Program-made: the position numbers and the translations under genes
The notes under the pieces: model-generated
Database searches by the model: none
Seen by the model: only the letters and a program-made list of their open reading frames with translations
Told to the model about the DNA's origin: nothing
IMG/VR virus record: IMGVR_UViG_3300048851_000104
Location: 1 to 46,014 of that record
Source of the DNA: a virus
Lineage: Duplodnaviria; Caudoviricetes
Reading direction: 5' to 3' (one strand)
Length of the DNA stretch: 46,014 nucleotides
Shown here: positions 18,794 to 26,987 of the stretch, piece by piece
Numbering within the stretch: the stretch's first letter is position 1
Layout: each line of letters starts with the position of its first letter

Positions 18794-19405
18794 TTAAGCT
18801 CCTTGCTTCTTCATGGAGGGGTACATACGATCCGCAAGCGACTCTTTGGCTGTCGTCGGAGCGCCCAAAACAGGCCCGCCTTCGCCGAGGTCTTTCGCGA
18901 GTTTGTGGAGAAACCTAACCACCTGCGGGTGGTTGCCCGCGCCGGTTTCGGTCAGTGCGAGGCGCAGCTCCGGAGAGCCGTACCGATCGAGCAGTTTGGA
19001 GATCTCACCCAATGCAGGTGCGAGCTTCTCACCGCCGATTTCCGGGTCGGCGCGAACTTCTTCCTGCCATTTGTCTTGCAGGTCAGTCCAGGCCTTGTAA
19101 TTTGCTTCGGCCACCTTGGTCATGAGGCCGGTCTGAATGTCGACGAGCTTCTGCGCCCGTTCGGCGGGTGTGAGCTTTTCGTCGTTCATGGCGCTGAGGA
19201 ATGCGTCACGATCGGCGTCCTCGACAGTGAAACCCTCGGGGATTTTGATGGCATCCCAAGCAAGCGGCTCGGGGGCCGGCGCCGGAGGCTCAACTGCCGG
19301 AGGTGTTTCACTTGGCGGGTCTGCCGTGGGGGTGGGTGTACTTACGAGGCTCGGCGGATCAGCGCTCGGCGGCTCGGATGGCGTCACTACGGGTTCGGTC
19401 GGCAT
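18794..19405 (-). CDS. Capsid scaffolding protein
   Basis: Pro-rich N terminus, DPEIGG, GAGNHPQVVRF and LADRMYP C terminus; directly upstream of the MCP. Confidence 0.8.
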   Translation of the reverse strand: MPTEPVVTPSEPPSADPPSLVSTPTPTADPPSETPPAVEPPAPAPEPLAWDAIKIPEGFTVEDADRDAFLSAMNDEKLTPAERAQKLVDIQTGLMTKVAEANYKAWTDLQDKWQEEVRADPEIGGEKLAPALGEISKLLDRYGSPELRLALTETGAGNHPQVVRFLHKLAKDLGEGGPVLGAPTTAKESLADRMYPSMKKQGA

Positions 19406-19685
19406 CGTTTACTTCCTGTTGCATTCGGGACCAGCCGATGGGATCGACTGAGGTGATGTCGGCCATTAAGCGCTGGCCTATGCTCATTTCTCCACAGTTA
19501 AAGCTCGTCGTAAGAGCGTTACCGGTGAAGGGGTTCTGCATGAACTTGGTAAGTCCGAGCAGATAGAAGAGAAATTTGCGACCGCGAGGGGTAGAAAGAA
19601 GTTCGCGGTACTGGGTTTCTATTTCGAGTCTGTCCTCTTCGGCCCACTGGTTGCGGAGGTCGTCAGGGGTGATTTCATCGCTCAT
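19359..19685 (-). CDS. Bbp19-like head protein
   Basis: LLSTPRGRKFLF...FNCGEMSIG motif; lies between portal and scaffold genes. Confidence 0.7.
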   Translation of the reverse strand: MSDEITPDDLRNQWAEEDRLEIETQYRELLSTPRGRKFLFYLLGLTKFMQNPFTGNALTTSFNCGEMSIGQRLMADITSVDPIGWSRMQQEVNDADRTRSDAIRAAER

Positions 19686-19713
19686 TATTACACCATCTTC
19701 CTTGGATTGTCCA
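19685..19713 (-). promoter_or_regulatory. Candidate sigma70-type late promoter (TGGACA-17-TAATAA) for scaffold/capsid genes
   Basis: 17-bp spacing; palindrome 19715-19733 abuts the -35 box. The -10 box overlaps the Bbp19-like start codon. Confidence 0.4.
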
Positions 19714-19714
19714 G

Positions 19715-19733
19715 ATATGGCGCGGGGCCATAC
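19715..19733. promoter_or_regulatory. Palindromic operator-like site, short form RTATGGY-N5-RCCATAY
   Basis: ATATGGC-GCGGG-GCCATAC. Confidence 0.7.
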
Positions 19734-19744
19734 CGTTAACTCAG

Positions 19745-19987
19745 GTAACTCGGCGGGGACAGATCAGCCGGGGCCCGCATTTGCACATGACAACGACTCC
19801 GCCCGATTTTCACCGTGACTCGCCGCCCGCGGGCGCTGAAGCGCCCGCGGGGCAGGGCGGATCACTGGGTGATAATCCGGGGTCGGAGGTCTTTTGTCAA
19901 TGCACAAATTCTTCCCCTGCATGATCCGCACCCTCCGGGTCACGTGCCCCGTCAGCCCCGCCTGCCACTGTGTTACTCTCCGTAACT
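19745..19987 (-). other. Rod-like imperfect hairpin element B containing TTGACA-17-GATTAT (Frpo/sso-like or 6S-like)
   Basis: Long imperfect inverted repeat centred near 19838 in the 354-bp portal/Bbp19 gap; begins (minus strand) with AGTTACGGAGAGTAACAC. Confidence 0.7.
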
Positions 19988-20007
19988 CGAACTCTGGTCG
20001 GAGGCGG

Positions 20008-20040
20008 GTATGGTTCGTACCATTTCGTTACGTGCCATAT
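20008..20040. promoter_or_regulatory. Palindromic operator-like site, long form (14+5+14)
   Basis: GTATGGTTCGTACC-ATTTC-GTTACGTGCCATAT. Confidence 0.7.
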
Positions 20041-21698
20041 CAGCCTCCGAGAATCTGTTGAAGCGCGTTGCTGCCGCCGCCCACGTCGGTCGCACTCAGT
20101 TGCTGTGCGGCGCCGGTGAGTTCGGTGCCGACCTGGACTGCTTGCTGGTCCGCAGCGGCCTGCTTCTGCCCTTGGGTCATGGCCTGGCTTTCGCGAGGGT
20201 CCCTCATGTCCTTCGCCCGGACGCCGAGGTCGCTGCCGTAGTTCCGGACCACCTCTTCCCAGTTAGGAATGTTGAGTACTTCGGGGGCAACAGCGGCGAG
20301 GTTGCCGATGAGGGCGAGCCAGCGCTCCGTCGGAACGGTGGCCACAGCGCGCTGGGCAGTAGAAAGGATGGAGACGTACTGGATTTCAATATCAGCATCG
20401 GCGATCTCCTCGGGCGGTTCGGGCAGCAGCCCGCTTCGTTGCATGATGGCGAAGACGCGGTTGATCGCGGGATCGAGGGCCTCGTTCTCGAACCGTTCCA
20501 GCACCGGACCCAGGAGCACCAGCTTTTCCTCCCGGCGCGCATCGATTTCGGTCGCGCTGCGAACCGTATCGAGTTGGGAGATCATCTGGAAGAGCGGGTT
20601 GTGGAAGGTTTCGCGAATGCGAAGCTGGATCAACTGGATGTCGGCCGAGAGTTCGCCCAGCGGGGGCGCGATCTGATAGAGCGGTTTGGCCCCGATCGAG
20701 TTCGCCCCGGCCACGTAGGTGATCCCGCCTGGGATCGTGGCGGTCGGGCGGTGCTTCAGCTGGATATCCGCGATGATCGGGGGGTTGACGACCTTGTCGA
20801 TGCCCTGAGCTTTGCGGAGTGTTTCCTGCTGAAGTTGTTTCACATCGCCGAGGGACTCAACCGCGGGGCAGGACCCGTACGCGTCGTTGCCTGCGAGTTC
20901 CCAACGGACGAACAGTCCGGGCATCTCGTTGAAGCCCTTCTGGGCCAGGATCGTACCCTTCGGCGCGTCCTTCTCCCAGTAGGTTTCGCGATACTTGAAC
21001 CGCTTCGAGACCTTCCCAGCGCCGTCCGAATTCGGCTCGATCATGTGGTAAACGGTGCGGGGGTTCTGCGCGGCGGCGCCGCCCTTCTTCCACAGGTTGA
21101 GCACCGTCTTGCTGACGTTCTCTTCGCCCCACCGCGAAACCAGCTGCTCAACGGTGTATTCGAACTTCCTCGCGAAAGTGTTGACGGCGAGCCGGTCGTC
21201 CTGGGCGAGGTAGAATTCGCCGAGGGCCGGATTGTAACACCGGATGACGGAGTCGAAATCTTCGTAGATGAGCATCGCGGCTGTGCCGAAGACCACGAGG
21301 TCCAGGTACATAACCGCCATCGCGTTGTAGAAGTTCGACTCCGCGAGCACCATCGACATCCGGCGCGTCACCTCGTCGAGCCACACCCGAACAGGGTTGT
21401 TCGACACAGTGTCGTCCTGGCCCGCAATTCGGAGGCTGAACCACGGACGAGCCGGCGACGTGATGCCGTTCATCATCCCGCTCGCCAGGGTGCGAGCCGC
21501 GATCGTCCCCGTCGAGTCGAGGACCTTCGGGTTCTGCATCGACCGGACGCGGGTTGAGGAGTTCTCGAGCCAGATGTACCGGCGCGGGAGGTAGTAGTCC
21601 GCGAGTTCGCGCCACAGCTGAAAGTACGGCTGCCGCACCGTCTCGAGCTTGCCGACCTTCGCGATCAGCTGGTTGTGAAGTTTGGTGTCAATTTCCAC
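20040..21698 (-). CDS. Portal / head-tail connector (Bbp21 / T7 gp8-like)
   Basis: WRELADYYLP, LASGMMNGITSPARPWF and RSATEIDARREEKLVLLGPVLER. Confidence 0.93.
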   Translation of the reverse strand: MEIDTKLHNQLIAKVGKLETVRQPYFQLWRELADYYLPRRYIWLENSSTRVRSMQNPKVLDSTGTIAARTLASGMMNGITSPARPWFSLRIAGQDDTVSNNPVRVWLDEVTRRMSMVLAESNFYNAMAVMYLDLVVFGTAAMLIYEDFDSVIRCYNPALGEFYLAQDDRLAVNTFARKFEYTVEQLVSRWGEENVSKTVLNLWKKGGAAAQNPRTVYHMIEPNSDGAGKVSKRFKYRETYWEKDAPKGTILAQKGFNEMPGLFVRWELAGNDAYGSCPAVESLGDVKQLQQETLRKAQGIDKVVNPPIIADIQLKHRPTATIPGGITYVAGANSIGAKPLYQIAPPLGELSADIQLIQLRIRETFHNPLFQMISQLDTVRSATEIDARREEKLVLLGPVLERFENEALDPAINRVFAIMQRSGLLPEPPEEIADADIEIQYVSILSTAQRAVATVPTERWLALIGNLAAVAPEVLNIPNWEEVVRNYGSDLGVRAKDMRDPRESQAMTQGQKQAAADQQAVQVGTELTGAAQQLSATDVGGGSNALQQILGG

Positions 21699-21885
21699 TG
21701 GTGGAGCTCCCGATTAGCGAGGGCTTGATGGTGCGGGCCTTCCGGGTCAGCCCCTGACTCGAGGTGGAGATCATCGACCCCGGAACAGTGGCGGCGTTGG
21801 CGGGATCGGCCTCCGGCGCCTCGGCCTGAACCGCAGTGGTCGGGGCTGGTACGGGCTTCGGGGCCTTGGGGAATAGAAAGCTCAT
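21688..21885 (-). CDS. Small Pro/Ala-rich virion protein upstream of the portal gene
   Basis: AGGAG RBS before ATG 21885; MSFLFPKAPKP...SLIG pattern typical of this position. Confidence 0.7.
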   Translation of the reverse strand: MSFLFPKAPKPVPAPTTAVQAEAPEADPANAATVPGSMISTSSQGLTRKARTIKPSLIGSSTSGN

Positions 21886-21899
21886 CGCGGTCTCCTGAG

Positions 21900-23408
21900 T
21901 TAGGCCCAAAGGGTTTCCTGGGCGAAGGGGTTGTAGTCAGATGCGACGGCGGGCGCTTCCATCGCGAATTCCTCTGCGTCCTCAACCGTGAAGGCGAGGT
22001 GCGGCATCGCAAATGTACAGGCCAGGGCGTCGGCGACGTTCGGGCTCGGCACCTTCCGCTTTCGCATGTCCTGCTTCGACTCGAGAAGGATTTCCTCCTT
22101 CTTATTCAGCCCGTACCCAGGCCCGGTGAGTTCGCTCGCCAGCGTGGTGTTTTCCCCGGTGGGGATGTCAGGGATTGAACCCGTCTTCAGCCATTCCCGC
22201 ATGGCGCCCCAAATCTCGGCGCGCTTGTTCGCGTACTTTGTGCCGTCATCTGGGTTCACCCCGTCGGGGCCGGACCCGAAGTCCACCCCGTAGACTGGGA
22301 TTTGCAGTTGCCGGAGGCGGTCCACCACGCCGCCCCCGACACCGCCCTCGTCCACGAACACGATGGAGGCTTTGTGGCGCAGGAACGCGGTTGCCACTTT
22401 GCCGGCTGTTGCCATCGTGTCGAGGCCCGGAAGGATTTCGATGGGGCGCGAACTTGCGTCGGCGCCGCATCTCGGGTAGATGACTGAGGGGTCGTCCCCG
22501 AACCGGCCCACGTCCACTCCGAGAACAACGCTCCCACGCTGCGGAAGTATCTCGCGGTTGACGGCGCGGAGGACGAGGTCAAGGGAGATGAAGCTTTCCG
22601 TATCGACGCGGGGGAACACTCCTCGAACGCGGACGCGCACGAAGTCCGAGTCCTCGCCGTAGTCGTCCACCCACCGCTGGATTTGGGCCTTGTCCGTGAT
22701 CGTAACCTCACGGGAGTCGATCGCGGCGTAGGACCACCGATGAGAGAAGCGCCCGCCAGCAAAGCACTCGCGGAACCGGCCCTTGTTTCGGGTGGGGTTG
22801 CCGAACACGCACCAGAGGATTTGGGTGTTCTTGTCGGTCAGGGCGCCTTCGGTCGTTTCCCAAATGATGTCGGGGATGGCTGAGGCCTCATCGAAGATTA
22901 CCAGGATGCGCTTGCCCTGGTTGTGGAGGCCGGCGAATGCTTCCGTGTTCCGCTCCGACCACGGCACCATGTCGATGCGCCAGGTGCGTTCGTGCGCGGG
23001 GTCCGCCGAGAAGAGCGCCGTTGCGGTCATCTTGAAGAGATCGCGCCCGATGAAGAGGCGGTACCACTTTGCAAGCTCGACCCACGTCTTCGTCTTCAGC
23101 TGATTTTCCGTGTTCGCCGTGACCACACCCTTCGTGTCGGGGAAGGTGGAGATCGCCCAGAGGATGATCCAGCTCACGCAGGCGGACTTACCAATCCCGT
23201 GACCGGAGGTCCGGGCCATTTGGATCGCCCCCGCGAGATCGATCTCCCCGGTGCGAAGGCGCGCCCCGACGTCGCTCAGGAGCTTTTCCTGCCATGCCTC
23301 GGGGCCGAGTTGATCCGCGAGTTCTCCGGGCTCACCCCAGGGAAAGCTGAAGATCACGAACCCCAACGGGTCGTCGGAGAACTCGATCAGGGTTTCAGTC
23401 AGGTCCAC
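21900..23408 (-). CDS. terL: Terminase large subunit
   Basis: SGHGIGKS (Walker A), VIFDEAS (Walker B), FGNPT, and nuclease motifs GVDVGRFGDD and SPNVADAL. Confidence 0.95.
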   Translation of the reverse strand: MDLTETLIEFSDDPLGFVIFSFPWGEPGELADQLGPEAWQEKLLSDVGARLRTGEIDLAGAIQMARTSGHGIGKSACVSWIILWAISTFPDTKGVVTANTENQLKTKTWVELAKWYRLFIGRDLFKMTATALFSADPAHERTWRIDMVPWSERNTEAFAGLHNQGKRILVIFDEASAIPDIIWETTEGALTDKNTQILWCVFGNPTRNKGRFRECFAGGRFSHRWSYAAIDSREVTITDKAQIQRWVDDYGEDSDFVRVRVRGVFPRVDTESFISLDLVLRAVNREILPQRGSVVLGVDVGRFGDDPSVIYPRCGADASSRPIEILPGLDTMATAGKVATAFLRHKASIVFVDEGGVGGGVVDRLRQLQIPVYGVDFGSGPDGVNPDDGTKYANKRAEIWGAMREWLKTGSIPDIPTGENTTLASELTGPGYGLNKKEEILLESKQDMRKRKVPSPNVADALACTFAMPHLAFTVEDAEEFAMEAPAVASDYNPFAQETLWA

Positions 23409-23900
23409 CTAGAGCACCTTTCGAACTTTGCAGGTGATGGAATAACTTGCGCCGATTGCGAGGGTCGGGGCGGTCACGACAACCTTGATCTTCCCGGCAT
23501 TGTCGCACCAGCCCGAGTTCTGAACCAAGTACCCTGCGGGGACTGTGATGGGGAGGATGAGGTAGGTCTCCCCGACTGCGGCCTGGGGGTAGGGCAGCTC
23601 AACAACGCGGGGACCCGTCGTAATCGCAACCACTGCGGTTTGGGTGATGACGAGGGGGTCGAGGATGGCGAGGCCCGGATCACCCTTCGGGCCCTGATCT
23701 CCCTTATCCCCCTTCACCGAGTCGCCCTTGGAACCTTGCGGGCCTTGAGACCCGGAAGGACCCTGAGCCCCCTGAGGGCCTTCTACACCCTGCGCGCCCT
23801 GAGGACCCTGGGGGCCAACTTGTCCTGCCGCCCCGCGGATGGGGAGCACCCCGACCTGTTGCCGGGGCGCCTCGTCTCGCCGAAGTCGGATATCACGCAT
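23409..23900 (-). CDS. Collagen-like (Gly-X-Y) protein
   Basis: 13 consecutive GXY triplets, an interruption, then 5 more; small beta-rich C-terminal domain. Confidence 0.85.
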   Translation of the reverse strand: MRDIRLRRDEAPRQQVGVLPIRGAAGQVGPQGPQGAQGVEGPQGAQGPSGSQGPQGSKGDSVKGDKGDQGPKGDPGLAILDPLVITQTAVVAITTGPRVVELPYPQAAVGETYLILPITVPAGYLVQNSGWCDNAGKIKVVVTAPTLAIGASYSITCKVRKVL

Positions 23901-24447
23901 CGTTCGCCCTCCGAGCTGCGAGTCGGGCCCGCGCCGCTTCCATCCGCATCGCGAGGCCGTCGTTCACGTTGACGTGCTGCGTCGACTGTGGGCCGTTCCC
24001 GGTGCGGTCCGTACCCATCGTTACGACCTGAAGGAGCTGGCCGACGGTCAACTTCTCCGGTTCGTCCTCGAGGCGCGTCTGGAGTTCATCCAGGGCATCG
24101 CCCGCGATCCCGGCGAGCTTATCCTGCACCGAACGAAACGCCCGGTCTTTCTCCTCGCGGTAGAATTCGAGGAGTTCCCGGAACGCCGGATCGGCCTTCA
24201 GAATGCTCACCCGCGAGATATCGTACCCGCAGACGATCGCGGCCTCGCCCTCACCCATCCCCGAGGCAATCGCCCTCGCAAGTGCGTGATGGCGGTCCGA
24301 AATCCGCTTGATCGCCGAGGGCTTCGTCCCCCGTTCCGCCGCCAAGAGCGCCACGTCCGCCTCCCCCAGCGACCGCACCGTCCGAGCCGAGACCGGCACG
24401 GCGGCCCGCCCCCGCGTCCGCGGCACTACATCCAGGTCCAGGTCCAC
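23893..24447 (-). CDS. Probable terminase small subunit
   Basis: GAGGGA RBS before GTG 24447; HTH-like [38 protein letters not shown]; first late gene, upstream of terL. Confidence 0.65.
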   Translation of the reverse strand: MDLDLDVVPRTRGRAAVPVSARTVRSLGEADVALLAAERGTKPSAIKRISDRHHALARAIASGMGEGEAAIVCGYDISRVSILKADPAFRELLEFYREEKDRAFRSVQDKLAGIAGDALDELQTRLEDEPEKLTVGQLLQVVTMGTDRTGNGPQSTQHVNVNDGLAMRMEAARARLAARRANDA

Positions 24448-24479
24448 AGCATTTCCCTCGCATTGATTGACTCGGGGGG

Positions 24480-24508
24480 ACTTTACCACGCTTTGGGGAG
24501 GGATGCAA
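24480..24508 (-). promoter_or_regulatory. Late sigma70-type promoter TTGCAT-17-TAAAGT
   Basis: Correct spacing, about 30 bp upstream of the terS start. Confidence 0.6.
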
Positions 24509-24511
24509 GGG

Positions 24512-24530
24512 GTATGGCTTTGAGCCATAT
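24512..24530. promoter_or_regulatory. Operator-like palindrome, short form
   Basis: GTATGGC-TTTGA-GCCATAT, 3 bp upstream of the late -35 box. Confidence 0.75.
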
Positions 24531-24556
24531 CGAGTTTCTCAACACAAAATGCCAGA

Positions 24557-24660
24557 GGGACATGGGTAGGGGGGATGCCGGGGGGTACCAGCGAAGGCCG
24601 GGGGGTGCCTGCGCGCATGAGAGCCGGGGGGTGGGTGCGCCTCGGGTGCATTGCGGGGGC
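24557..24660. repeat. G-run cluster with three GCCGGGGGGT copies
   Basis: Copies at 24577-24586, 24597-24606 and 24623-24632, plus further G3-G6 runs. Confidence 0.8.
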
Positions 24661-24735
24661 GCGAGCCATGCTCGGATTGCATATCGAATTGTGGAGGTGG
24701 GGATAAACAACGCAATAATATTGCTCGAAAGGGGG

Positions 24736-24764
24736 TTGAACCCCGTATGGCTTTGTGCCATATT
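24736..24764 (+). promoter_or_regulatory. Early promoter TTGAAC-17-CATATT, overlapped by operator palindrome 24745-24763
   Basis: Spacer and -10 box contain GTATGGC-TTTGT-GCCATAT. Confidence 0.6.
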
Positions 24765-24799
24765 CAACTCATCGAACAACACAACACACGGAGTTGGAC

Positions 24800-24904
24800 A
24801 TGCAAGACGCGGGACTGGCCATCGGGATTGCGGTATTCGCCCCCTTCCTTTTCGTCATCGGTTTCATCGTACTCGATTGCATCTTTGGGTTCACACAGGA
24901 ATAG
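24800..24904 (+). CDS. 34-aa hydrophobic membrane peptide (not in the ORF track)
   Basis: GGAG RBS; MQDAGLAIGIAVFAPFLFVIGFIVLDCIFGFTQE. Confidence 0.65.
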   Translation: MQDAGLAIGIAVFAPFLFVIGFIVLDCIFGFTQE

Positions 24905-24981
24905 CATGGTTTGCCCCCTGCGGGGGGCTGATCGGGCAATTCCGCCCCCGGCACGAGGTGCCGATTTGATGGAGAAGTGTT

Positions 24982-25500
24982 ATGCAGGTAGTTCGCAACT
25001 TTGTGAAGCGCGCAACGGAAAAGTCCTCGTGGGACGGCGACATCGGGCGTGTGATGCTCGAGACCGATGCGACGGTGATAAAGCTGAACGGCAAGCCCAT
25101 TCCCGCGCAGTCGATGGAATATCTTCTGACTTTCGCCCTGCAGTCCTTGCAGGACGCGTATGCAGGGGCGCAAAGCCTCGACGAGGCGAAGGGGAATTGG
25201 GAGAAGAAACTCGCGGCCATCACGGAAGGCACGCTGGGACAGCGCAGCGGCGGCGGCAGTGTCTCGGAAGAGACGAAGGTCGCCCGGCAGATCACGAAGC
25301 AGGCCCTGAAGGCCAAGATTGCCAAGGGGGAAATGACCGAGGAAGAATGGAAGGACCTTTCGGACGAACGCCTCGACGAGGTGTTTGGGAAGAACGAGGC
25401 GAAACTCCGGCCGCTCGTCGATGCGCGGATTGCCGAACTCAAGAAGGAGCGCGAACGCAAGGCGAAGCTGGCCCAGAGCGCGAGCGACCTCGATCTCTAA
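24982..25500 (+). CDS. Hypothetical early protein, Lys/Glu-rich, ends DLDL
   Basis: GGAG RBS; 172 aa; partial similarity to 36902..37396. Confidence 0.85.
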   Translation: MQVVRNFVKRATEKSSWDGDIGRVMLETDATVIKLNGKPIPAQSMEYLLTFALQSLQDAYAGAQSLDEAKGNWEKKLAAITEGTLGQRSGGGSVSEETKVARQITKQALKAKIAKGEMTEEEWKDLSDERLDEVFGKNEAKLRPLVDARIAELKKERERKAKLAQSASDLDL

Positions 25501-25554
25501 GGACGAAACCGGGCTCCGGCCCGGTCCATGGGTAAGGCCCATGCTGATGAGTCC
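25501..25554 (+). ncRNA. Type II hammerhead ribozyme 1
   Basis: GGAC-GAAA-CCGGGC(TCCG)GCCCGG-TC-CATGGG(TAAGG)CCCATG-CTGATGA-GTCC: complete core and three stems; predicted cleavage after C25526. Confidence 0.92.
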
Positions 25555-25573
25555 AAATTGTGGAGATTGAAAC

Positions 25574-25900
25574 ATGTGTTACGCGCGGGTGGCTGCTGGC
25601 CAGATCAATGCTTATTGCCGGCTGAAGTGGCCCGAGAAGGGCTTCGCCGATATGGCCTCGACGTTGGCCAACGGCTCGGTGATCGACTCGTACGATCACG
25701 TAGGTGGCGGCAGCCACAAATACATTCCGGCGGACGAATTCACGCAAGCCCTCGGCGAACCGATCGGAGCCGGCGTGTATGGATACTGGCAGATGAAAGA
25801 TGGTTCGCTCTTGCTCCGCACTTGCAAGGGCCCTCTCGCATGGGCGCCCCCGTATGTCGAGGGCGAGCCCCGCACCGCACAATGGGGAGAATTCGCATGA
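25574..25900 (+). CDS. Hypothetical early protein
   Basis: GGAG RBS; ATGA-coupled to the next gene. Confidence 0.75.
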   Translation: MCYARVAAGQINAYCRLKWPEKGFADMASTLANGSVIDSYDHVGGGSHKYIPADEFTQALGEPIGAGVYGYWQMKDGSLLLRTCKGPLAWAPPYVEGEPRTAQWGEFA

Positions 25901-25998
25901 CCGCACTGGTTGAATCCGCCATCGCCCGCTACGAGTCGGGCAAGATCACGAAGCGCCAGCTCATCTCGATTTTGAAATGGGCGCTCGGCCACAAATAG
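25897..25998 (+). CDS. 33-aa hypothetical protein
   Basis: GGGGAG RBS, ATGA overlap; MTALVESAIARYESGKITKRQLISILKWALGHK; followed by a terminator. Confidence 0.65.
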   Translation: MTALVESAIARYESGKITKRQLISILKWALGHK

Positions 25999-26022
25999 AC
26001 TGAGCGAGCACGAGCCATACCG

Positions 26023-26056
26023 ACCCCCGTATTTGACCGTACGGGGGTTTTTCTTT
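26023..26056 (+). terminator. Intrinsic terminator
   Basis: ACCCCCGTA/TACGGGGGT stem followed by TTTTCTTT. Confidence 0.85.
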
Positions 26057-26181
26057 GCCCGGCCACCCATGTACCAGACCGCCCCGCCTCGCGCGTCCTG
26101 CCCCCCGCCACGGGCCGGGAAATGGCCATTGGCGCGATGCGCCACCCCCGATCCAATCCCGCCATTCCCCCGCCCCCCTGA

Positions 26182-26577
26182 GTTGGCCTAGCGTAATCCC
26201 CTCGGGCTCGCGCTGGTTCCGGCTAGGGCCCGCTGGTTCAGCCACCTCGCCACATTGCGGTTTTTGGGTTACGTGCCATATCGGGAGGTGGGTATGGTTC
26301 GTAACATGGTGTTACGGTATGGCTCCACCTCCCCCGCATTTGTTTGGGGGTCTACTCCTCTCCTCTTTTGTTTTACCAGTTTTTTTTTTTTTCAGAAATT
26401 GTGGCGAAAATGTGGCAAGACCCGTTACGAGCCATATGGGGCTCACGCCCCATCACCTCCCATCCCCTCACCTCCCGATATGGCACGTAACCCATTTCAC
26501 ACAACATGGGCGTGGCGTGAAACTAGCTAGGCGTAGGTGAAACTAGGGCATACCACAGGACATTACGCTAGGCCAAC
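26182..26577. repeat. Nested, co-centred inverted repeats around a T13 run; candidate replication origin
   Basis: Perfect 16-bp IR (26182-26197 / 26562-26577) and perfect 26-bp IR (26265-26290 / 26469-26494), both centred at 26379.5; T run at 26380-26392. Confidence 0.85.
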
Positions 26578-26620
26578 CTAGCGCCACGCGGGCGGGATGC
26601 GGTATGTATGCGCTGGGTAT

Positions 26621-26655
26621 GTATGGTTGACAACCATACCAGTTTTGGGTAAAAT
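26621..26655 (+). promoter_or_regulatory. Near-consensus sigma70 promoter TTGACA-17-TAAAAT, with an operator palindrome centred on the -35 box
   Basis: GTATGGT-TGACA-ACCATAC (26621-26639); -35 at 26627-26632, -10 at 26650-26655. Confidence 0.85.
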
Positions 26656-26987
26656 TGGCGCATTGTCCCGGCCCCGCGTGGTTTCGGGATACCTGATCAA
26701 CGAGGGGCGCGGCCCCACATGGGAGGTGCATCATGTAAAGGACTGGCCACGTAAACCGCCGCAACCTAGTCCCTCGCGGGGTGGCCCGCGAACAATCCGC
26801 GAGGGGCGCCCCGGTGTCACATGGTGAGTCCCTCGGGGGATTGATCGGGCGACACCAGCCCCCTCGCCTCGGCGAGTGTTCTTTGAATCGGTCTGGAAAA
26901 CTACCACAACCAATGCAAGGTATTGCATGGCGGGGGGCGCAATTGCGCCCCTCATCGAGCAATCCCGCTCAACCCTCGGAGCACCTT

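Noticed and set aside
3861-21557. Long plus-strand ORFs (3861..6101, 7577..9319, 10765..11916, 16261..18918, 20010..21557)
   Set aside because: They are antisense shadows of well-supported structural genes, expected with high-GC codon bias, and show no motifs.
21900-23900. Read-through fusion of the collagen protein to TerL (same frame, single TAG between)
   Set aside because: TerL has its own AAGGT RBS and a normal N terminus, TAG is used as a real stop elsewhere, and no suppressor tRNA is visible.
24448-24669. N-terminal extension of TerS in the 258-aa track ORF
   Set aside because: It is a Pro-rich translation of the G-run region; the promoter and RBS point to GTG 24447.
26057-26880. HDV-like, pistol or twister ribozymes suggested by CCTCGC and CCACGTAAA words
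   Set aside because: I could not build the required nested pseudoknot pairings by eye; an Infernal search is needed.
26055-26962. ORF-track proteins across the 26-27 kb gap
   Set aside because: No RBS, low-complexity translations (including the T13 run), and overlap with the IR structure and promoter; treated as non-coding.
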